Positions 1 through 11,835 of a stretch of DNA of 64,000 nt are shown here, piece after piece. The stretch spans positions 17,874,728-17,938,727 of the forward strand of contig CM082578.2 of the NCBI GenBank assembly GCA_040954595.2, in the 5' to 3' direction. Under the pieces are notes generated by a model. That model did not search any database, had not been told where the DNA came from, and saw only the letters and a list, made by a program, of their open reading frames with translations. Made by a program: the position numbers and the translations under genes. How positions within the stretch are numbered: the first letter of the stretch is position 1; each line of letters starts with the position of its first letter. Source of the stretch: Balanoglossus misakiensis. Taxonomy: Eukaryota > Animalia > Hemichordata.

Positions 1-990
1 AATGCAAGTGCACTTCTGACAAAAGTCTAACAGTTGAACACCATCACTACGCAGCAACTATCGCTGGATGCGATCAAAAGAGGGCCATTAGAAACAGACT
101 TTTGTGATGTTATTGTGTTTATGAGTGTGAGTTTGGAACAAAAAAACGGTCGAAAGGAGAAAGGGAGTGGACAAAGCAGTATAGTCAGTGAAGAGTATGA
201 AGATGTTTACATGCAGAGGAAGAGTATGCAGCAGGTATGTGTCAGTGTCACTGGTTTTTACGAGCAGCTGGCAAACAGTGGAGTCTAACACACACTTACA
301 AGTTACAGGCAAACTGTTCTACACTGCCTTCAGTCACTAAAACCACCACCACATCTAACAAGTTGCACCCGGTTGTTTTGCGATCAAAGAGGATACAAGG
401 GTTATGCTCATCCACACTGCAATGCTCCAACAGTAGACCAATGCCTTCCAACTGCCGCACCTGAAATTCAGGAGACCATGTACACTTCTTTAATAAGGGA
501 GAAGGAAAACAATGAGATAAGGGTGTAGCAGAGGGAAAAGAACACAGCCTGGAGTGCCGGCATGATCACTGCAGGCAATTTCACCAAACGATGTTTTCAT
601 TTTGTCAGGTGGCAGAAAGGAGGACTGTAGAGACTTTGATCCCAAGTGCTCTCTCTTTTTTTTAAAATGATAGCCAGCAGCCAGTGACTGTGGGAAAAGT
701 TCCATCCAAAAATGTTGCTTGGAAGAGCAGTGGAGGAGTCACTCTTCCAATGTGGGGGTTTTGTTGACTTTGTATTTTGATAAGGGATTTAGCAGGTGTG
801 AGATGGCCCATTCTGTTTGGTGTCAGCCAGGACAAAAACATCCTACCCAAAGTCATGTCAGTGGCTGTCTAAAGGAAGGCATTGAAAAACTGACACAGAT
901 TATCTTATCTCTCAGCAATGAATACAAGTAAATGGTGTCACTCTAGTTACACTAAACACACTCATCTTTTTAAATAAAGGTGGATAGCCA

Positions 991-1046
991 GACTGACAGA
1001 CAGACAGACAAGACAGGTAGATACAAACAAACTGACTGACTGACAG
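991..1046. repeat. Imperfect (GACA)n/(GACT)n tetranucleotide microsatellite
   Basis: gactgacagacagacagacaagacag...actgactgactgacag. Confidence 0.7.
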
Positions 1047-3233
1047 GCATGTCTGGACAAGCAAGAATTTAACTGTTCATGAGCTGTGGGTGCAAAGTTT
1101 CAAATCATTATTTCCGGACGAAAAATCAAGGATATTTATCACCTAAGTAAATCATTGAAGGGGTGCCAGACATCTCTATCGTCATTCAACTTCAATTTAG
1201 GAATTAATAAATCACCTGTATACTCAGTATGCTGACAAAATGTATGCCTCTGCTGGCTACCCCGAGTGGGAGGGCAGAAACTGTCAAATTTTTGTAACAC
1301 CTTGTTTATCAAATGTGGACACTAAATATAGATTCCCAACTTACAATCACGACAGGGAAAGATCTGAGCTTGAACCAGAGAACAAGAGAGACAGCCCTGG
1401 CTCTCGTGAATTTACTCTAAGATGGGACCACACACAATTCAAAGTACCAGTATAGGTCTCTTGAATATGAAGAGGGATTATCATTTCCAGCCCAGCCTCT
1501 CAAACAGAGTTTAGGTCCCAACAAAGGTAAAAAGGCAGAGCTTATTCTGGTCGTGACAAATTGACAACCTTTGATGTGGCGTAGGATGAAATAAAAACCA
1601 AAGACAGAGTTGTGTTCTTGTCAAACAATCATTTGTCCAGGCTACGTATACAATCATGACTGTCAGGTTCTGTTTGTGTGGCCACCTACACACTGTCTTC
1701 AGGTTCAGTGAATCCATACAGTCAAGTCTAATACACACATACCAACATACATACATAAATGTTGAACGTCTTGTCACTTGGAACTTTTATATTTTTTGGC
1801 AACTTTACAAGTTGATCCAGTCGACGTTTCTGTTTTGTCTCCACTGTCGGCTGGAATTTGAAAGAGCTCATCCAGCTGTAAGATTTGTAATGGGATTATT
1901 TTAGCGTGATGACTTTTTCTAAAGTTTTGATTAAATGGGAATGCAGGGGCAATCCTCTCAACAGAGGGAGGATTACACACTGGCCGTTTAGCTTGTTATT
2001 TCCATTGTCTGTGACCACGGTGTAAAAATTAACTCAACCGACCATCTCAATTCTTATACACAAATCAAAACACACACGTCCTTGATGCAAAGTGGACAAG
2101 TATGCGAGGAAACACACTGGAAAACTAGTCAGGCACCAAATGACAACCTTTTTTTGTTGAGAAAAAAATCTTGCATGAGGTAGACAGCATGGGAGTTCAA
2201 ATGACATAATTCCACAAGCACAATGAAGATTGATAAGAGGGCTTTTACCAGGAGAGGGTATTGTGTGCTGACAAGTCTCAAAACTTCTAAGCACGGTGTA
2301 AGAAAGAAGATGAAAGGAGAACAGAAGTTTTCTTTAGGCGATCTTCACATCCCTTGTCTCACTAGGGTGGCCAGTCATGTATTGCATGCCGACTTAACCT
2401 CACAAAGTACAACACAGGTCTCTCTGTCACTTCATCGGCTCATGCCTTCAAAACTCCCACCTCTATTCAGAGTCAAACTGTGATGGAATCGCTACAAATT
2501 AAACTTCAAGGACTTGTTGAAAGGGAAATTGAGAAGAAGAAAAAAAGGGCAAAACTTATGTGTAGCTGCGGCATGAAGCCAGAGTCGACTACACTTTAAA
2601 GAGAACATGTGAATGTGGGAAGAAAGAATCACAGACAGGATAATCTTCCCATGTGTCACTCAAATGTTGACAAATAACTGTTGACAGTCACTTTCAAAGT
2701 AAATCAAAGAGTTTTAAAAATGTTTAAAAGATTTCTTATCACAACAAATGGTTTCACAGTTCTGGCCTGAGTAATGAAGTGGGCAAAATCTGTTCAGTTC
2801 ATTTCTCTTTTAAGCCTTGCGTGTTTTCCCCACTCTTGTTTAATTTCAGCAACTGTAACTTTTTTCCCCCACTAGCTTCATGGTCACTGAACATTGGGTT
2901 CACTTCACCAGCTGAAAATCGGCTGTGAATAGAGGCAAAGTTGCAATCTCTCATCAAGGACCTTGTGCCCATTTTCTCTGCTTACATGTAATTATCATGC
3001 CAATTGTGTTCATGTTTTCCTGGCTGCTTTCAAAGAGACTATTACAGCAATACCGCCTTACAATTTGTTTGCTCTTGGCATTACGTTGGCTTTAATCCTC
3101 TCTTAATACCAATTCTATGACTCTCCCACCACACAATGAATTTTAAGTATACTTTAGTTGTATGGAACAAATAATGTGGGATGGCAGGGAGGTGGGAACA
3201 GCACTCCACTATATACTCTTTAATTATATAAAC

Positions 3234-3394
3234 TAGCCTGAAAATAAGGTATTCTATTTCAATTCGGCCAGACTGCGTTTCCTTTCATTTCTTATTGATA
3301 GCCGGTGAATAGATCTCAGAATTAACAAGTTTGGATGGCAATTCACTTAGACTGCCGGTGCACTCATTCTAGGGGTATTCTATTTCCCTGGGCT
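3234..3394. mobile_element. Possible degenerate MITE
   Basis: TAGCCTGAAAATA ... TATTTCCCTGGGCTA imperfect terminal inverted repeat; GGTATTCTATTTC occurs twice internally. Confidence 0.3.
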
Positions 3395-5098
3395 ACGGAT
3401 GTCATTGAAAAACGCATTTTACTTTGCCCCTTCTCGGCATGAAGTGGAAAAGAAGTTTTTCTGTGGGGATAAATTGTTTCTCTCCTTTTGTATCTTTGAG
3501 TGACTGTGCTGGAATGTGTGTGTCTGTAAAGAAAATGACTCTTCCGTGTGTTTACTCAGGTTACTTCAGCCACACACAAAAGACGACAATATTTCGCCTC
3601 AAGGGGGCGCTATACAACATATTTGGTGAAATCTGCTAAGTTTTAGGCCTGCAGGTTACATTTTGTCTCGAGTTATGTCAACAGCACATCATACAAAGTT
3701 AACTTTGGTGTTTTCAAGACTTAAATTTCAAGTCTGAGAGGCTTCCAATGTCGCTAAATGCACCCTAAGCCCATCCTAAGGATATTAAACACACCCAGGT
3801 CTAAACAGAAACCGCACCCAAGGATTTGGACAGTGTGTCTGCCAGGAACACGCAACAATGTGCAAAAGATTCAATTGTGTTTGTGCTCTGAGGTCATTCT
3901 GACTTTCTTTGCGACAAACTGCTTTAAACCTTGTAGCTGTTTTCATCCATTACTCATCCAAGAAAACATTTACTATTTATTTTTTTAGATAACCATGAAC
4001 TGTGACATGGCCTGATGGTACGGTACAAGTTGTTTCATGTCGAAATTTGTTCTTGCACTTTTCTACACAAATTGACTGACACTTTTGAATGATACTGGAG
4101 TACCAAGTGTTCGAGTAAAGACAGACAATGTTCACTGTACTGGATTCTTTCTGACTGCAAGAAGGAGGATTCAATGTCAACCATGGAGGGGACACTGTTG
4201 TACTTGTTAACATTATAGGTTAGGCACATCAAAGATGTTTTTTTTTTTTTAGGTGACTGCAACTGATCCTTTGTTATTAGATCATCTTTGTTCTGGCAAT
4301 AAATAAATCCCGCACACAGAACAACAAAAAGGATGCACACAGGTCTTGATACAGTCTCTTTCACAATTGTACTTTGAGCTGCCCTAACCATTTTTTTTCA
4401 ATGGTCTACTCGGGCGCATAAAAGGATAACAGTTCCATTGCTATTTTTGTAGGTGTGTACACTAAGAATAAAAAGTGCTCAAGAATCATTTAAAAGGTTA
4501 TAAATTCTGAGCTGCGTATTACATTATCAACCCTTCCCTCGGGTCTCAAATGTATATTTTTCGCTCTGATAAATGACACATCATGTGTCTGTCATTAAAC
4601 CATAGTATGACATGTCACTTCAGGTGTTGAGGGTACGGTAGTGTGACAAAAGCAGGGCACAGAGGACAAAACGACACGGCAAAAGAGTAGACAACAACAA
4701 CAACCACTTTTCAATTACACAGGACACCAATGTCAGTTGTTGCCCAGAACATGTATGGAGCGCGGCCATTCAAGGGTACAATTGAATGCAAGTTGACAGG
4801 GATTAACACGTATTTGTCGCTAGGATTTGGTACAACCCGTTATTTTCAGTGCACTGGTTGACTAATGTATAGGGTTAGGGTCAGACTTGCTGCCGCAATT
4901 ATTGGTCTGCTACATTTTTTTATGTAGATGAACAGACAGGGAAGCTTTAACCTCTGAAATCATGGCTTTGTAACCATCATATGGATATGTTTTCTTAAAA
5001 AATATAAACTAGATTTACCGGTAGATAGTGGATAAGAAAGAAAAATAGGCCACAATCTTTGATATCAAGAATGACATAATCAAATTAGGAAAACTTAC

Positions 5099-8000
5099 CA
5101 AATCTTGATTTCTTTTATGATGATTGCACATGTTGCCGATAAGTCTGATCAGATCTCTCTTGAAGCCATGAACTGGACTTTCAGCAACATCATTCCTTGA
5201 TGCTTCATCACTTAGCGACTGGCGGACTGTAAAAACATTGTCTCCACTCTTGCCAACAGCGTGGGCTTTCTGAAGAAGATCTGAAGAAAGATACCCAGGG
5301 TAAATAATAGTTCCAAGTTGAAAATCTTTCTTAGTTTTCAGCATTCTGAACAATTATTGATATGTTGACAATCATCAAACTGACAAGTAAAGTTTTTCAA
5401 AGGCTACATCATAAAACAAGAGAGTAAAATGATATAACTGTGTGAGGGCGCTCTTGCAACAGCAGTCGGTGTTTGGAATGGTACACTACTATATAAATAC
5501 AATGTATACGGTGATCTTACCAAGAGTAATTTCCAAGAGTGAAGTTCTAGCCTGTAAGATGTCATACCTCCCTGGAGTGGATGTGGCAACACACAAAACT
5601 TGTAGGAGATGAAGGACAGTCACTGACTCCTGAAGAAGAAGGAGAAATTCACTGAATAATATGAAAACATTTATGCCAAGACTCAAAGCAATTGTGTGTC
5701 CATTATTCAATGCAATCTGGGCCAGAGAGTCAAGTGAATTGTTCCAGTTTGATTGACAGCTGGGGTCAGCCAAATTATTACAAAAACTGTGATACCATGG
5801 CACCATGTTGACGCTAGCAAATTATGATGTTGACATACTTGAGTAGAATGGACTATGAAAACGCATATCTCAGATGTTCATGTCACTAGTCATGCTCCAC
5901 CAACATAAGTAGTGAAATTCAACATTGAAGATGTGACCGTCAAAATAACCATCACTGGAGATTTTGCAAATGCTTTTACAGACTAATATTGGGAGACAAC
6001 AATCTGGGATGCGAAGATGACCTTTCTGATAACAGAAAGGCAAAAAAGAGACCCACAGATTGGTGGATATCAGTAACATTTCTTTGCTGTGAATTCATTT
6101 CCCCCAGGAGGCAGAGTAGAGAATGGTTAGTCGGAGCAAGACTTAGCTGACCTGTGCTGCTGGCCAGATTAAAATTTGAAATCACTTCTGTCTCTGCTTA
6201 TTCAGTCGAACCCTTTTGATCGCTTCAAACAAGAATTAGCTGAAATACCTACTTCAATGCCAGTTTTATGCATGTCCCCATCGAGTGCCGAGAGCAGCAA
6301 CTTTTGTGCTTGTTGTTCAAAGATTTCAGCAAGGAATGCAATATTAAATGCCGGGATGAGTTGAGTGCTTCCACTGCTTTGGCTTCCGGGAGGCAATCCT
6401 TCCCAGTGTCCCGAGGGGCTGTCTAACTTGGCAGACATGATGTCCAGAAGAATGCACTGACATTTCGAGGACAGTGTCTCGAACTGGGTGAGTATGAACT
6501 CTTGCCTTAGTAGCAATTCTTCCATGATGTATAACCTAAAACGACAGTGTACCACATATTACCATTAGGGCTTAGACTTGACTATATGGGCCACATTACA
6601 GTAACGCAAGGATCTTGTAGAGCGCCCTCTATTGGTTCATAAGAACTGGTGAAGAAGTCACACATTCAGTCAAAATACAAAATGTTTAACCAGCAATGTT
6701 CCCCTTCTATCCACTGTTTTACATACATTTTACTATTGAGTGTTGTTGAGGCCCAAATGTCAAAGGTAAAGCTAAACATACTGAAACTTGTTCAGCTGTA
6801 AATGACATATCTGACACATGAACTGTAAAACTCGCTGAGCTGTTATGCGCTTGTTTTAAACTGGGATCAATTTCTGTGTGATTTTGTGTGTCAAGAACTC
6901 ACCCCCATTCTTGTTCACTTTCCTTTTGACACATCTTTAATATACATTCTACCAGTGGCTGTCCTGCTGGATGTTTGATCAACTGTTGGATGTGGCAGTC
7001 ATCAAGACTGTTGTAAATAACCATACAAGTGTACGTGGATGCCTTAAAATCCTCTAACCTGAGAACAGAGCTGAAAGAAAATAAGATGGATTTCAACGTT
7101 ATAATCTGATGACCAAAGACATTTTAACTCATAACCATAATTGAAATGTTAGCAGATTCTGAAAATTCAGTTGTTCTTGGTAGACAGTTAGTATACAGAG
7201 CAGAATTTGGCTCCTAAAACCCTTGAATCAGCATGAGTCAACTAGAGGTGACACTCACAGAAACACTTCTGGAAAGCACTGTTGCCAGACTGAGGACTGT
7301 GAAGACTGGTTGCTGGAAACAAAATTACCAAGAAACTGAACTCCACATCTGATAGCTACAGTGTCATCTTCACTTGGAGATCCTTTGGTCGCTAGCTGAA
7401 GTAGAAGCTGCTTCACCACTGGCAGAATGTCAACAAGGCTGTTCAATCAGTCATAGGAAGCAAAAATATAAAGAAAAAAAATTAAAGCTCCAGTAACTCC
7501 ACCTTTGTGTTTTTGTTTTGGGCATCATCTTGTTCTACTCGGCAAAACATAAAGAATTGCTAAGAATGGGTTTTCAATCATGCCCTTTTGTAGTAATCAG
7601 CAATGTTATAGTTGAAAATGGAATTCAAGTCCGGACAGTTCAGCCATTGTCATAATTTATTATTAGTGAAATAACGCTTGCCAATATTTTATTGACTATA
7701 AAGGAAAAGGTTTCACCACACATATCTTGCTGATTCTAGACAATTACAAGAATTATGTCCACATCTATTATTATAACAAAATGAATCGGCAGCATGAGTA
7801 CATGTACATGGGTCTACATGTGCCATGTGGTAGAGTGATTACAATCTCAAATTGACCAATCACAAAGCTTCAACATACCTAATGAAATCCTGGTTTTTCT
7901 TGCACTTGACACAACTGTTGCGCAGAACTCTGAAGCATTCACTGCACACCTGCATCGAATGTGTAGTTCCTCTGTCTCCATGGCTTCCACCATCACCATT

Positions 8001-8587
8001 GTCAAGCACTGACTGGCAGTCAACAAGAATTCTTTTCACATCCACGAATGCATCCTGAGTCATTAAATTCCTGCGTTATGTTATAAAATATAATTTTGTT
8101 ATCACTACTAACTTTAAATGATGTGTAGTGTGCCCAAGTCTACTTCTATGAAGACACGTGAATGTCGATATCATTAAAACGGCCCCGCCCCCTCCCTATC
8201 CCACAAATGGATGGAAGACGGCATCCACTGATACAGTGAATGAATGGCGCAGGTGATCCACAACCATGTGTACCACCGCGCTATCTCGTTCTAGGGGGAC
8301 TTAGCAACCTCCCTTGCATAGTTCACTTGTCTTTTGGTAAATCGTTGAGTCTCGCTCTTTTCCCAATGTCCACGAATGTGCAAACGACACACGTGCGAAG
8401 CGAAGCGAACAGGGTGCGGACCAGAAAGGGGTTTACATAGCATATAATACCTTAAGTCATCTTCTTTGAGATGTTCCGTTAACTTCCGTAGTACATCATA
8501 CTTCTTCCCACCATCTTCGCTAAGGAGACAATGTAATTGAATCAAATTCGCTTGAAAACTCCCTTCCGACTTTGTGTCGTCCGCCAT
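5099..8587 (-). CDS. ATXN10: Ataxin-10 (armadillo-repeat protein), 7 coding exons in window; 3' exons not found (probably beyond position 1)
   Basis: Exons (5'->3' on minus): 8587-8451, 8070-7879, 7438-7259, 7070-6903, 6535-6253, 5629-5521, 5280-5099; all GT-AG and phase-compatible. Motifs ECFRVLRNSC, RCGVQFLGN and GFKRDLIRLIGNMC..NQD match ataxin-10 (human GFKSHLIRLIGNLC..NQD). Confidence 0.9.
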
Positions 8588-8747
8588 AAGGCCAGTACCA
8601 AGTCATGAATGTTACTGTGATTTTAATTGGCTTATGCTTGGTGTAGTCTGTAACTGTATAACTGATTGGATAAATAACTCACGCCTGCGCAATACCAGTA
8701 GTTGAAAGACGTGAGAAGTTGCCAGCTGAATTGGCTTTGGTAGCGAG
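8588..8747. promoter_or_regulatory. Bidirectional promoter shared by ATXN10 and HSD17B10
   Basis: Divergent ATGs at 8587 (-) and 8748 (+), 160 bp apart. Reverse CCAAT boxes (ATTGG) at 8626, 8665 and 8730; NRF1-like GCCTGCGCA at 8683-8691; local CpG enrichment. Confidence 0.75.
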
Positions 8748-10678
8748 ATGTCACGAATTAAGTCGGTCAAAGTAGGTTCACTATATTTCAGGTGGTTGTT
8801 TTGTTTATTTGTATGAAGCTTTATTCCATGATTCCTGTTGGCGACGATTTTTAAAACCATGGGGAGGCGGCCCGGTCAGGTGGGCCAATCGTGGATGGGG
8901 TCAATTTCAGGTCACAGTGGTCAGGTCAGACCAAAGGTGCTTGTAGCATTTCAGTGTGTTCCCCACTGTTGCAATATGATATTAAAATAAAATAGATGTT
9001 TTCTTCTAAACACCTTCATCTGCGTGCCTTGTCTTTGGCTGCATTTCCATAGATTCGACCCTGACTGCGTGCAGGCGCTGGATCAGCAGATATTGAGATA
9101 CAAAGGTCACAAAAAAGCATCACTGATGAATGGGTTGCCAGTGTATCACACCTGCCACACATACTATTCTGTGAGAACATGGAATAATTAACAAGGGTAA
9201 AATGTCACCTTCATATAAAAAGTGGTTGGCTCTGGATGAATTAACTGACAAATAATTATTTCTTCTCTTGACAGAATTTGGTTAGTTTAGTGACTGGTGG
9301 TGCTTCTGGTCTTGGCAGAGGAACAGCAGAGAGATTGGTTAAACAAGGTGCCAGTGTGGTCATCTTAGATCTACCCACTTCAGATGGTGAAAATGTAGCC
9401 AAGTCTCTTGGTGAAAAATGTAAATTTGCACCTACTGATGTAAGTATATTTTCAGAAGACATTGTATTGTTGCATGTATATTTCCAAAATGTGATGTGGG
9501 TATTCATTCAACTGGAATTGGCCACAATGTTGCTTATGACAATCTACATTCTGTCAAGGTATAATTCATCAAATTTTAATCCATTGCCTGGATTCATTTT
9601 CCTATTTACATCAGGTAACGTCGGAGTCAGATGTGAAGAATGCATTAGAGCTTGCCAAGTCAGCATTCGGTCGAGTGGATGTGACTGTCAATTGTGCTGG
9701 TCTTGGTGTTGCCTTCAAAACGTACAACTTTAAGAAAGATCGTCCTCATGATCTAGGAGATTTCATCAAAGTTCTCACGGTACGTATCCACAACAATTGA
9801 ATTCATGATCAGGATGTACCTTCGTTAATTGAAACTTCAGTTCTTGTGGTTTTGGCCAAGTTGCCTGTTACATTATTGTCGCCATTGTTGTCGAACCTAG
9901 CTGAAAGGTTTCACTCAACACCAGTGAGCTACAGCTTATTTCTGAGGAACTTTTAAAAATTCTGTTTGTTCTCCCAGGTCAACACAGCTGGTACGTTTAA
10001 TGTTATCCGTCTAGCAGCAGGAGTCATTGGCAAAAATGAACCCGATGAAGACGGTCAGCGTGGTGTGATTATCAACACAGCAAGTGTTGCAGCATTTGAT
10101 GGGCAGATGGGCCAGGCAGCATACTCTGCTTCCAAGGGAGGCATTGTTGGCATGACATTGCCTATTGCCAGAGATTTAGCATCCCAAGGAATACGTGTGA
10201 ACACAATAGCACCAGGTAAAATGGAATAAAAAGATTTATATTATATTCCAGTTTGATTTTGGAATTTGCAAAATAAACATTGCCCGATTAGTGGTAAGAT
10301 TTTATCTGGATGGGAGTGAAGTATCATCTTCACATTAGTTCTAGGGCAGTTACCCCCTGGTAATTTTACTCACTGGAATCCTTACCCTAACTTGTTGTGG
10401 GTGGTGATTGTCCAGGGGGTGACCGTCCTGATACTCTCACTGTCTCTCTCGCTAGTTATTAAACTTGGCACATTTATTTGTTCCCAGGTTTGTTTGATAC
10501 ACCATTGCTGGCAGGCTTACCGGAGAAAGTGCGAACCTTCTTAGCCAAACAGGTGCCATTTCCACAGCGACTGGGCTCACCAGAGGAATATGCACACCTG
10601 GTGCAGAGCATCATCGAGAACCCAATGATGAACGGTGAAGTGATCCGATTGGACGGTGCTATCAGGATGCAGCCATGA
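8748..10678 (+). CDS. HSD17B10: 3-hydroxyacyl-CoA dehydrogenase type 2 / 17-beta-HSD10 (SDR; mitochondrial RNase P subunit MRPP2), 5 coding exons
   Basis: Exons 8748-8771 (MSRIKSVK), 9275-9439, 9615-9779, 9978-10215, 10488-10678. SDR motifs [13 protein letters not shown] and YSASK; C-terminus [14 protein letters not shown] diagnostic of HSD17B10. AATAAA at 10975-10980. Confidence 0.97.
8898..8928 (+). promoter_or_regulatory. DR5 (RARE-like) element plus extra GGTCA half-sites in HSD17B10 intron 1
   Basis: GGGTCA atttc AGGTCA (8898-8914), then TGGTCA at 8918 and AGGTCA at 8923. Confidence 0.4.
10343..10429. mobile_element. Short palindromic MITE-like element in HSD17B10 intron 4
   Basis: AGGGCAGTTACCCCCTGGTAAT is an imperfect reverse complement of ATTGTCCAGGGGGTGACCGTCCT; the spacer contains TTACCCTAAC. 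Confidence 0.55.
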
Positions 10679-11835
10679 TGTGCGTCTCAGTATTTGGTTT
10701 GACTGATGGTACCAATGGTGATGATATCTGCCAGTGCCAGCCTCCTCTGACTTCTCTGTCATAGACTGATATACTTTCAAACCCATGGATACATTTCGAA
10801 AGGCACAGAGCTTTCTTGGACCACATGCAAAGTTTCTAACTTGAGACTTTTGTGGAAAATGTGAATCCCAGCTACTGGCTTCAGTCCATATACCAGTACA
10901 ATTTCAATCAGAATTTGTAATTACCGGTAGATCAATTTGAAATATTTCCACAGTAAAAGTGTAAAGACAAGAGAAATAAAGCTGAATATGATGTAACCTA
11001 ACTCAATGAAGGTGTCTCGTATCTGATTTGTTGTTTCATCAGCTGTTTGTGTCAGAGTACCCACACCGTTTCCATGGAATCAACTATATTGAGTGGTCTT
11101 TCCCTTCAAAATAGTTGCACCAGAAATGGCCATACATGGAATAGACACTCAATTCAAGAATGACTTGCGGGCCCCACCGATTTAAAAAATGAGTGTTGAT
11201 GTACATGTAGTTCCCTTTATTATAAACTTTTGAGATTTACATTGTCTACAATAATTATGCTCTTCCACGCTGGACACATTTTAGATGAAATTTCATGGTC
11301 AAACTGTTGAACCCTTAACCCTGCTGTGACAGAGGAATAAAACATGCATACTGACTTTTTGTAGTCTGCAGCATTTTGAATAAACCACAACTACATGTAG
11401 AACAATGTACTTTCCTCCTCATGTCATGCAAAAATTTGGTTTAGGTAAACTTTCTCATTACATTCCATTGCAAAATTGAGTAACTACAGCTGTTAAAGCA
11501 TTTCAGAGCCAGACAAAACAAAAAGAAATTGGTTCTGGGCTACTATTCATCCAGTTAGCATAACAACTTCACACTAAAATAACCAAAATTATGTGAAAAT
11601 TTCATGATCCTTTTCGACCCTCATGACAACACACAAAAGCTTACATATTTGAACATGTGTCTGAATATACGCTGTATATAAAGCAAAAGATAAAATTGTT
11701 TGATTTTGTAATCCTTTCTACTACACAGTTTAGAAATGTACAGTTTTTGGTACTGTATCATAACATACGTAAATGAGCTGAGGTAACATGCTTAAATGGA
11801 ATCCACTTTTCATAGTAGTTTCCAAAGCTGCTCTT

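Noticed and set aside
380-4810. TCF/LEF (WWCAAAG) and Otx (GGATTA) sites in the ATXN10 long intron as an enhancer signature
   Set aside because: Counts of about 7 and 5 in 5 kb are close to rough chance expectation for AT-rich DNA; not evidence on their own.
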